This document shows positions 1 to 7,345 of a stretch of 30,620 nt of DNA, piece after piece. The stretch comes from a virus (Duplodnaviria > Caudoviricetes). Within the stretch, counting starts at the first letter, position 1. Every line of letters begins with the position of its first letter. Under the pieces are notes generated by a model that searched no databases, was not told the origin of the DNA, and saw nothing but the letters and a program-made list of their open reading frames with translations. The translations under genes were made by a program, and so were the position numbers. The stretch lies in IMG/VR virus record IMGVR_UViG_3300031802_000008, positions 1 to 30,620 of that record; one strand, given 5' to 3'.

Positions 1-32
1 TTATCAAACATAAGAAGAAGCCTTAGCACCGG

Positions 33-66
33 CAGGCAGGCAGGAATAGCAGTTCCTGTCTGCCTG
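33..66. terminator. 14-bp stem-loop, possible terminator of an upstream gene
   Basis: caggcaggcaggaa (33-46) pairs with ttcctgtctgcctg (53-66) with one G-T pair; no clear U-tract. Confidence 0.35.
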
Positions 67-74
67 ACTACTCC

Positions 75-354
75 TGACCGTACATCGACCGTCGATATTA
101 TTGCACGGTTTTTCATGAAAATTGCACGGTTTTTGTAATTATTGCACGGTTTTTCATGAAAATTGCACGGTCGATCTACGGTCGTTGCACGGTTTTTGTG
201 GTATGACCGTACATCGACCGTCGATATTATTGCACGGTTTTTCATGAAAATTGCACGGTTTTTGTAATTATTGCACGGTTTTTCATGAAAATTGCACGGT
301 CGATCTACGGTCGTTGCACGGTTTTTGTGGTATGACCGTAGATCGACCGTGCAA
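75..354. repeat. 129-bp tandem duplication built of TTGCACGGT iteron-like units, ending in a 21-bp inverted repeat
   Basis: 75-203 equals 204-332; TTGCACGGT starts at 101,122,142,163,185,230,251,271,292,314; 292-312 is the exact reverse complement of 334-354. Confidence 0.9.
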
Positions 355-382
355 CACACCCTACATCGACCGGCCACATCCT

Positions 383-530
383 GGACACCGAACCGGACAC
401 ATTAGTCCACAAACCGTCCACATGTGACACATGCCCGGTCGCATGTGACACATGTGCCCGGGTGTTTCGGACACATCTCGGACACATCTCGGACACCGAA
501 CCGGACACATTAGTCCACAAACCGTCCACA
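383..530. repeat. 40-bp direct repeat plus GGACAC/CACAT sub-repeats
   Basis: ggacaccgaaccggacacattagtccacaaaccgtccaca at 383-422 and 491-530; catgtgacacatg twice; cggacacatct in tandem. Confidence 0.85.
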
Positions 531-551
531 CATCATCAAGGAGCAGCAATC

Positions 552-1247
552 ATGACGAGGACACTTGAGAACGGACCGTTACATACGGTCGCCGTGCAGT
601 TAACAGAGAAAGCATGGGGCACCCTAAAAAGCCTCGCGCTTGAGCAGTATCGAGACACCGAACAACAGGCCGGGTATCTTCTGGACTGGGCTATAGCAGT
701 AGACAACAAGAATTTGGGGGAAGTTAGGAGCGAGGATGCCCCTGAGGAAAGACAACCCGGAATTATCGCCGACGAAAAGCTTGACGACGCAACACGTGAA
801 ACGGCCCGTTCATCTCCAACGGAAGCCCAACTATGGCCGCCCGAGGAGAGCGATCCCTTACTTCAACTGAAAAACCTGCCCGCCGCCAGTCAAGGTCGTG
901 CATTGCGACGTTACTTGGGATATTTGGACTTTGCGAGAGTTGTGCCACCGCGCTTCCATTCTCCCAAATCGGGATACCTTACCGAAACCCAGGATCGGAT
1001 AGTAGCCAACGCAGGCCTGGAAATAATGGGCGATGACATTGAGGCCCGGATTGCCAATGGGGAGTTGGCCAAACGCACCGGAATAAGCTATAGCGGCTGC
1101 CGAAATGCTATGAAACGGCTTGTACACATTTTTGAGCCTGTTGTCGAGGAGAACAAAAGTCCGATTGCCGCGAAACTCTATACCATAGAGGGCGCTCTAA
1201 GCTGTTTATGGGATGATTGGGTCTACAACGCACCCTGGAAAAGGTAG
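552..1247 (+). CDS. Hypothetical DNA-binding protein (RHH-like N-terminus, HTH-like C-terminus)
   Basis: AAGGAG SD before ATG 552; TVAVQLTEKAWGTLKSLA...QQAGYLLDWAI resembles RHH; IANGELAKRTGISYSGCRNAMKRL resembles HTH. Confidence 0.65.
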   Translation: MTRTLENGPLHTVAVQLTEKAWGTLKSLALEQYRDTEQQAGYLLDWAIAVDNKNLGEVRSEDAPEERQPGIIADEKLDDATRETARSSPTEAQLWPPEESDPLLQLKNLPAASQGRALRRYLGYLDFARVVPPRFHSPKSGYLTETQDRIVANAGLEIMGDDIEARIANGELAKRTGISYSGCRNAMKRLVHIFEPVVEENKSPIAAKLYTIEGALSCLWDDWVYNAPWKR

Positions 1248-1252
1248 AGAAC

Positions 1253-1293
1253 AAAAAGGAGCGCTGCGCGTCCTCCGCAGACCGCAGCGCTCC
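1253..1293 (-). terminator. 11-bp GC hairpin with A-tract on the left (U-tract on minus strand)
   Basis: ggagcgctgcg 1258-1268 pairs with cgcagcgctcc 1283-1293; preceded by aaaaa. Confidence 0.45.
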
Positions 1294-1387
1294 CCCCCAC
1301 TTGAAATCCCACAGCAAAAGAGCCAGTTCCGTGTAGAATCCACCACAATTCTACCGCTGGTGTCCTCCAACCACAAACGAGGCACCC

Positions 1388-1942
1388 ATGCACTACACCC
1401 CCAAACACACCGACTCCGCCAAAGAGGCCCAGCGCGCCGCCATCACTGGCCCAAACACCCGGTGGCTCCTGCCCGAACAACAGCCACCGTCCCAACTTCT
1501 GACCCCCATCAACAATAGCCCAACCGCCACCGGTGACCCCGCCTTTACCAGCCACCAAAACAGCGGTAGTCACGAAATCGCCACCCCCGGCAGTCGCGCC
1601 ATCGGGCAAGTCATCCGCCTCCTGCCCTTTAGCCTAACCTGGGGGCTCCTTACCTGGGGACTCGTCTGGGTTCTCGAGCTCTCCACACCTTACTTCCTCA
1701 CAGGATTCGCCCTCCTTACTTCCGCCACCTACTGGCGAATGAATCGTGACGAGTTCTACTTCTCACGCAACGGGCTGGAACGCCACAAAGTAGACAGCGC
1801 CCGCCAAATCCGGCTCAAAGAATTGAGCGATCAACATGAGCTACAGACCCGCTCCCTCGACGCCTACTTACAGATTGCCCTTCGCCACTATGGAGTCTCT
1901 GACAATGAACCTATTGAAAAGCATCCTCAACCCCCTGAGTAG
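1388..1942 (+). CDS. Hypothetical membrane protein (about 2 TM segments)
   Basis: GAGG SD; hydrophobic LLPFSLTWGLLTWGLVWVL and YFLTGFALLTSATYW. Confidence 0.75.
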   Translation: MHYTPKHTDSAKEAQRAAITGPNTRWLLPEQQPPSQLLTPINNSPTATGDPAFTSHQNSGSHEIATPGSRAIGQVIRLLPFSLTWGLLTWGLVWVLELSTPYFLTGFALLTSATYWRMNRDEFYFSRNGLERHKVDSARQIRLKELSDQHELQTRSLDAYLQIALRHYGVSDNEPIEKHPQPPE

Positions 1943-2378
1943 CCGCACAAGCCCCAACCCCGCCGAAATGGAACTGGACGACCTACGCGCCCACAATAAC
2001 GCCCTACGCTCCCGCTTCCTGGGCTTAAGCGCCAAACTAGCCGAGCGCCAACTGGAGACCGCCCAAATGCGACGTATGATGCGCCGCCAGGTCCCCGGTC
2101 ATGACTGGATAGCCGAACGCGCCACCGTCGACGTTCTCGGCCTCTACATACTCCAAACCGAAGGTATTCTCCCCAGCCGCCAAAACGCCCGCAACATCCT
2201 GCACATGTCAACCCGCCGCTGGCAATGGGCGCGCGCACTCGCCCGCCTTGCCAATGTCCATAACGGTCATGTTTTCGATGAAAACATAGACCCCAGAGTC
2301 CTCGTCGCCATCATACACGACAAAGCCGCCTACGCCGCCCGACATCATAGCGAGTGGAAACGATACCGTGCACGCTAA
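1905..2378 (+). CDS. Hypothetical protein (coiled coil, possible HTH)
   Basis: GGAG SD before ATG 1905 (MNLLKSIL); overlaps the previous gene; followed by a terminator. Confidence 0.7.
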   Translation: MNLLKSILNPLSSRTSPNPAEMELDDLRAHNNALRSRFLGLSAKLAERQLETAQMRRMMRRQVPGHDWIAERATVDVLGLYILQTEGILPSRQNARNILHMSTRRWQWARALARLANVHNGHVFDENIDPRVLVAIIHDKAAYAARHHSEWKRYRAR

Positions 2379-2449
2379 CGAAGATTTCGCGTATTGGGGG
2401 GGGCTGTGCTAAAATTTGTCAAGGAAATGCCCGCAAAGCTTTACCCACC

Positions 2450-2491
2450 ACCGCCGTCCCGCTGACCCTCATCAGCGGGCGGTATTTTTTT
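2450..2491 (+). terminator. Rho-independent terminator
   Basis: cccgctga/tcagcggg stem with accgc/gcggt extension, followed by attttttt. Confidence 0.75.
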
Positions 2492-2568
2492 ACTTATCAT
2501 TTGTCGCCCTCTTTTCCGGCCACAATAGTGACCAATTGCGCATCCAATTTTGGGTTATGTATTAAATG

Positions 2569-2613
2569 CCCGCACACCCCGCACACCCCGCACACCCCGC
2601 ACACCCCGCACAC
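2569..2613. repeat. 9-bp tandem repeat (cccgcacac) x5
   Basis: Five exact copies between the two convergent terminators. Confidence 0.9.
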
Positions 2614-2650
2614 CACCGCACACCACCTACCAAAACGTGCTGCCTCCTCC

Positions 2651-2696
2651 AAAACAAAGAGACCCGGAGCACACCGGCTCCGGGTCTCTGATTTTC
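2651..2696 (-). terminator. Terminator ending the late operon, possibly bidirectional
   Basis: 13-bp stem agagacccggagc 2658-2670 / gctccgggtctct 2677-2689; aaaacaa on the left, gattttc on the right. Confidence 0.75.
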
Positions 2697-2725
2697 AACA
2701 GGGAGACAGTCCCCATAATTATTTA

Positions 2726-2917
2726 TTATGGTAACTCTACAGACTGGCCCTCGACCCCATTCTCACCAATCGGCCCCAAAGCGTCGTCTGTTTTCTGCCA
2801 TCCGTCCTGCTCCTGCAACCGGTCAAGCAGCCCCTGACACCACATCCGCTCCGCGGCTGTCATCAGTGTGCGATTCAACAAATCTGCAAGCGCCTGTAAC
2901 TCCTCACGGTTTATCAT
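2726..2917 (-). CDS. Small hypothetical protein, last gene of the tail module
   Basis: 63 aa; TAATG overlap with the upstream gene. Confidence 0.7.
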   Translation of the reverse strand: MINREELQALADLLNRTLMTAAERMWCQGLLDRLQEQDGWQKTDDALGPIGENGVEGQSVELP

Positions 2918-3234
2918 TAGCCCACCCCCGGGAACAACCCCGGCACAGCGGCCGACATCGCCTCCATCCTATCCCGCAGCGCAACCATATCCGCCCTTAG
3001 CATATCCAATTGATGCGCTAGCGGCCCTTTCTTGTCCGCATGATATTCTTCCAACGCTTCCAGCGCGCCGCCCGGAGCCACCAGCGCATTAAAGGAGGCC
3101 TCTGCCGCCAATCCCCGTACAATCGCCCCGTGTACCCTTGCCACAGTCGCCTGCGTGCCCACCCGCTCAATATGGTAATCCACAATCAGCGATTCGCTCG
3201 ATTGGTCGTCGCTCTCTACAATGTACTGCCCCAT
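2917..3234 (-). CDS. Hypothetical tail-associated protein with C-terminal coiled coil
   Basis: AGGAGG SD; position after the fibre-like gene. Confidence 0.75.
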   Translation of the reverse strand: MGQYIVESDDQSSESLIVDYHIERVGTQATVARVHGAIVRGLAAEASFNALVAPGGALEALEEYHADKKGPLAHQLDMLRADMVALRDRMEAMSAAVPGLFPGVG

Positions 3235-3249
3235 AATATCCTCCTGGAT

Positions 3250-4095
3250 TTAACTGGGTGTGTCGTAATATCGTAGCCACTGCCTCACTCCGTTTATATC
3301 AATAGCCAGATGCCCTTTGGCGGCTGCTGTCGTGTATTCCGTAAGTGAGTTTGCATCAGTTCCGACGGCAGGGTCATTCGCCACAAACTTTACAAATTCT
3401 TCGCTAGTGTCCGATTGCTCCAAGTTCAAAACGGGAATGGCACCGCTGGCATTAGCTTGTTTAACCATCAGCTGGCCATCGTCTAAAGGTTCCCCGATCC
3501 TGACGAGACCAGTGGTGCTTATGGACAAGCGAGCCGCAGCTGCCGCACCCCCGCCGTTACCCCCGGCAAAATACTGGGCAATTTTAAACTCGGATTTTGT
3601 TACGTCATCGCTAGTATCTGCGGCTATGTACAAATACCACGTTCTACGATTCTGCCCCCCAACCCTAGGGCCGTCGTCACTATTCGTCTGCGTGAACTGA
3701 ATACCTGTATCGTTAGAAACCCCGGCGCTGTAAATATATTGATAGAGATAAGGGTTACCCGCCGCGTCCTTAGACAAGTCAAGTGAGTCCTTTAGCGAGT
3801 TGGATATCGTCGCGTCCCCCGTGAACGCTAAAGTGCCCCCGCCCGTGATACTTGTCGTCGAGCCGTCCAACGCTAAAGTGCCCCCGCCCGTGATACTTGT
3901 CGTCGAGCCGTCCAACGCTAAAGTGCCCCCGCCCGTGATGTTCGTCGCAAGGCCCGATGTGTCACGGGCCATCCACTTGACATCCAGCTTTTTTGTTACC
4001 GGAGGGTTCTCCGACATATCGACCAGCGCCAACAAATCAGGGCTAGACGGGGACTCCCCGAGAGCGAATAAATTACTAATCTTTTTGTCTGCCAT
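3250..4095 (-). CDS. Tail fibre / receptor-binding-like protein
   Basis: AGGAG SD; MADKKIS N-terminus typical of fibre/appendage proteins; G/T/S-rich repeats; RLSISTTGLVRIG beta motif; position at the end of the tail module. Confidence 0.7.
   Translation of the reverse strand: MADKKISNLFALGESPSSPDLLALVDMSENPPVTKKLDVKWMARDTSGLATNITGGGTLALDGSTTSITGGGTLALDGSTTSITGGGTLAFTGDATISNSLKDSLDLSKDAAGNPYLYQYIYSAGVSNDTGIQFTQTNSDDGPRVGGQNRRTWYLYIAADTSDDVTKSEFKIAQYFAGGNGGGAAAAARLSISTTGLVRIGEPLDDGQLMVKQANASGAIPVLNLEQSDTSEEFVKFVANDPAVGTDANSLTEYTTAAAKGHLAIDINGVRQWLRYYDTPS
3824..3939. repeat. 45-bp coding tandem repeat (ITGGGTLALDGSTTS), about 2.6 copies
   Basis: Exact units at 3824 and 3869, partial at 3914. 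Confidence 0.9.
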
Positions 4096-4146
4096 CCTAT
4101 AGCTCCTGTAGTCAACATGTGGATTGCGCTGTTAAGTGGGAAGGCC

Positions 4147-7100
4147 CTATAATTCTCCGACCCAAGGGTTATCGTTAGGGCTTGAGCCACTCCCATCATG
4201 CCGAAACAAAAATTTCCCGCTGTGTTTAGTGTCACAAAAATAAATATCTCCCTCGGTTGCCGTAGGAGAAAAACTAAAAGTGTTCGGATCAGCGTGCCCG
4301 GCAAACAAGTTGAGTTCAAAGCCATGGGTGTCCATCCCCAACAACCAAACTCTGCCCGTTTTAAGTCCCGCGCTGGCAGTCACAAGCCCTGTAAGATTCG
4401 AGGCGCCAGCGACGGTTAAAGTTTGATCGTAATATGGGGGGCCTTTGCTCACGGTAAAACTCCCGTCTGCAGTCACATGCCCTGCAAAAGACGCGGTGCC
4501 ACTAACCGTCAGATTCGTAAACCCAAGTTCTGCAATAGTCGCGCTGCCAGTAACCGTCAGAGTCTCCGTGTCCACATCTTTGACCCAAAGTTTTTTCCAA
4601 CGGTTTGCCGTGGTGCCCAAATCCACATACGGCGTTGCCGGCGTTGCACCGTCTAAGTGGGGAACAATGGTGCCGGCTACCTTCCCGTTGAAGACAATCG
4701 TGTCGGTGGCTGAAGTCCCCAAGTTCGCGGTACCTATAGTACTAAAATGCTCAAACGTTGCTGTGTGGGGGTCATTCACAAACAAGTTGGCATGTACATT
4801 TACTCTTTCCCCGTATACCTCGACCGTCCCGCTATCAATGTCACTCCCCCGAGGGGAAATCTCTACCTTGCCCAACCCAACATTCACATAACTGACCTCG
4901 CCGTTTGTATGCCTGGCAATTACCCGCGCAAGTCCTGGAATTCCGTCTGGATTGTTGCCAGGTAACCGTGTAGCAGTGCCAGCAAAAAGATAAGTCACAT
5001 TGGTGTCGCCAGCAAGTGGGGTAGTTCCGGTCTCGATTTGGTTCTCGACCAGCGACGTAACATACCCCGTTTTTGGGTCCAGCGGGTCCTCGATAGTCCC
5101 TATTACCCACGACACGGCATTCGCGTCGCGGATCACATCATAATCGGTTGACATATTTCCTGTGCTCCGACCCACGTTCGTCGTCGGTTGCTGCTCCAAC
5201 ACAATTCCTTGCAAGTCAGTAACCGTGACATCACCGTCGGTCGTCTGAATTTTAGCGCCGGTAACCGTCCCCCCCAACACCGTCGAGGCGTTCACCGTCC
5301 CGCTGAAAATCCCGTGAGAAGTCCACAGCCCCCAGCCCTCGGGATTCTGATTGTTCAGCGCAGTCATACCGCTCAAGTCCCCAATCTTTACCCTTATTAC
5401 CCCTCCTTCCAACAGCAGAAACGACCCCCGCAGTGCCGTCCCGCTGTCATCCAGACCCACGACTACGCCCGTGTGGTCATTGAAGTTGGATGCGTCCCAA
5501 GCAAACGGAGCATCTCCTCCATCCGTCATCGTGACACGCCCCGCCAGCACCTCGCCTAGGTCTCTCGAAATCTCCCCCAGGCTGCCCGGATACCCCTGGT
5601 TGGGCACCCGCCCTGATGAACCCTCCAAACGCCCACCAGACAGCCGCTGCAATGCCTCAATCAACGTATTCTGATAGGCGCCCGCAGTCACCTGACATAC
5701 CAGTAGCCAACCTTCACCAGTCATCACCGCCCGGTATGCCACTTGCTGGATTATAAAGTCCCGTGATTGGTCGTCTGACTCGGCCAACAGACTGTCTTCC
5801 GGCGCGCCTTGCTCTTGCGTCAACGAGTCCGAAGTCTCCGTCTGGATACGGACTGTACCCCCCACATCTACCTCCCCCACATCAAATTTCAAGAGCTTGC
5901 CCGCTCGCAGGCCGTACTCCGCCACATCAAACTTTACCGTCTCCCTCCCGAACGCGTCCTGTGCCAGCACGTCAAGAGCAAACTTTTTCTGATCCGCGTC
6001 ACTGGCCACCTCCTCATCCTCAAAATAAAACGTGCGCGCTATCGTCCGCCCATACGTCTCTATACTGTCGTTGTTTTTCTCTATCGTGGAGATTTGTGTT
6101 CCTCTGTACACATAGCTAACCGTTATCTGTGAACCGTTTGGCATACTAACCATGGTAATAAATGTGGAGGAAATCGAGAGCGTTCGTGTTTTTCTGTTAA
6201 TTAGAAACCAGGCCTCGCCGTCGTCGTCCTGTAGTCGGTCCTCCGGTACGTACCCCAGCCGAATGCCTTGCGTCGTGAGCCAGTATGGCGGATAAACATT
6301 CTGGCCTTCCTGTCTTTCATGTACATGGACGTACATTACACTCTTGGGAATATGCTCGAGGGTATACGACTGTGCAATGTTACTTTCTGAAAAAGTTATT
6401 ACTTCTGTCTTCTGCTCCTCGTTATAGCCGCCGATAACCGTCACTGAATTCACCACATTCAAATCGTCAATTGTCTTGCTCACACTACCCCTTAACGGAG
6501 GGAAACTGTCGTCAAAATCCGGTTCATTGCTTATTTCAAAAGCCGCATCCGCTGGTTCGGCTGGGTCAAACCACAGAACATTTTTCTGCCCATCAATCAA
6601 CCAATCCGCTCCCACCTGCAGCGCCAATTTGTTCAACGCTACGCGTAGCGTAACATTCTCGAACTCGATCCCCTCTACCACCCGTGCGCCAACAACGTTT
6701 TCCGTGTTAAAAATCGCTACCCCGTCCTCGATCATATAAACGTTAAATAAATCTTCGAGCACCTGTTCAGCGGTCCACACAGCCCAGCCTCCCTGTAACA
6801 CGTACCGCGCATAGACCTTATTAACCGTCACCTGGTCCAATAGCACCGAATAGTCCTTACATTCGACGGCATATCTTGTGCCGCTCCCTGTGTCCACCGC
6901 GCTCACTGCCGTTTCCACCACAAAACCGCCAAAAATGTGGGAGGGCGCCCCATCTTTTGTGACCGTCACCTTAACCTCATCCCATCCCGTAGGCATCCAC
7001 TCATTTTTTGGATCGATCAACTCGAACGACGCCAGAGTAGCAAAGTTACCAATCTGCTCACGGATATACAGCGTGTTCGCGACCACCGCCTCCGAACGGT

Positions 7101-7155
7101 CTTCATTGTCCACCGTCACCTTCACATCAGAGTTTATCGTCCAGTTTGCGCTCAT
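4147..7155 (-). CDS. Large tail tip / hub protein with fibre-like C-terminal half
   Basis: About 1000 aa directly after tape measure; hub-like N-terminus (VECKDYSVLLD, VVNSVTVIGG); beta-rich G/T/V C-terminus; start could be 7155 or 7164. Confidence 0.8.
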   Translation of the reverse strand: MSANWTINSDVKVTVDNEDRSEAVVANTLYIREQIGNFATLASFELIDPKNEWMPTGWDEVKVTVTKDGAPSHIFGGFVVETAVSAVDTGSGTRYAVECKDYSVLLDQVTVNKVYARYVLQGGWAVWTAEQVLEDLFNVYMIEDGVAIFNTENVVGARVVEGIEFENVTLRVALNKLALQVGADWLIDGQKNVLWFDPAEPADAAFEISNEPDFDDSFPPLRGSVSKTIDDLNVVNSVTVIGGYNEEQKTEVITFSESNIAQSYTLEHIPKSVMYVHVHERQEGQNVYPPYWLTTQGIRLGYVPEDRLQDDDGEAWFLINRKTRTLSISSTFITMVSMPNGSQITVSYVYRGTQISTIEKNNDSIETYGRTIARTFYFEDEEVASDADQKKFALDVLAQDAFGRETVKFDVAEYGLRAGKLLKFDVGEVDVGGTVRIQTETSDSLTQEQGAPEDSLLAESDDQSRDFIIQQVAYRAVMTGEGWLLVCQVTAGAYQNTLIEALQRLSGGRLEGSSGRVPNQGYPGSLGEISRDLGEVLAGRVTMTDGGDAPFAWDASNFNDHTGVVVGLDDSGTALRGSFLLLEGGVIRVKIGDLSGMTALNNQNPEGWGLWTSHGIFSGTVNASTVLGGTVTGAKIQTTDGDVTVTDLQGIVLEQQPTTNVGRSTGNMSTDYDVIRDANAVSWVIGTIEDPLDPKTGYVTSLVENQIETGTTPLAGDTNVTYLFAGTATRLPGNNPDGIPGLARVIARHTNGEVSYVNVGLGKVEISPRGSDIDSGTVEVYGERVNVHANLFVNDPHTATFEHFSTIGTANLGTSATDTIVFNGKVAGTIVPHLDGATPATPYVDLGTTANRWKKLWVKDVDTETLTVTGSATIAELGFTNLTVSGTASFAGHVTADGSFTVSKGPPYYDQTLTVAGASNLTGLVTASAGLKTGRVWLLGMDTHGFELNLFAGHADPNTFSFSPTATEGDIYFCDTKHSGKFLFRHDGSGSSPNDNPWVGEL

Positions 7156-7182
7156 TCCTAGCACCCCTCTTGAAATTCAAGA

Positions 7183-7211
7183 TTGACAACCCACACCGGC
7201 CCTGCTATGAT
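7183..7211 (+). promoter_or_regulatory. Near-consensus sigma70/sigmaA promoter antisense to the late operon
   Basis: TTGACA (7183-7188), 17 bp, TATGAT (7206-7211), with extended -10 TG at 7203-7204. Confidence 0.75.
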
Positions 7212-7217
7212 TTTTAT

Positions 7218-7345
7218 AGGACATCTTCGCCGAAGACCATTCTAGGTGACGGCGAAGATGCCCGTCTCGATATCCTACGCGCTAGTGGGCATGTATGACG
7301 ATCCGCCGTTATACATAGAGTTCACATAACAACATCTTATCGATA
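7218..7345 (+). ncRNA. Candidate structured small or antisense RNA
   Basis: Begins at the expected +1 of the promoter; 11-bp stem 7222-7232/7250-7260; 10-bp stem 7291-7300/7307-7316; no sizeable ORF. Confidence 0.4.

Noticed and set aside
75-354. CRISPR or mini-CRISPR array
   Set aside because: The repeats are only about 9-13 bp and the spacers are short and themselves repeated; no unique spacers and no cas genes
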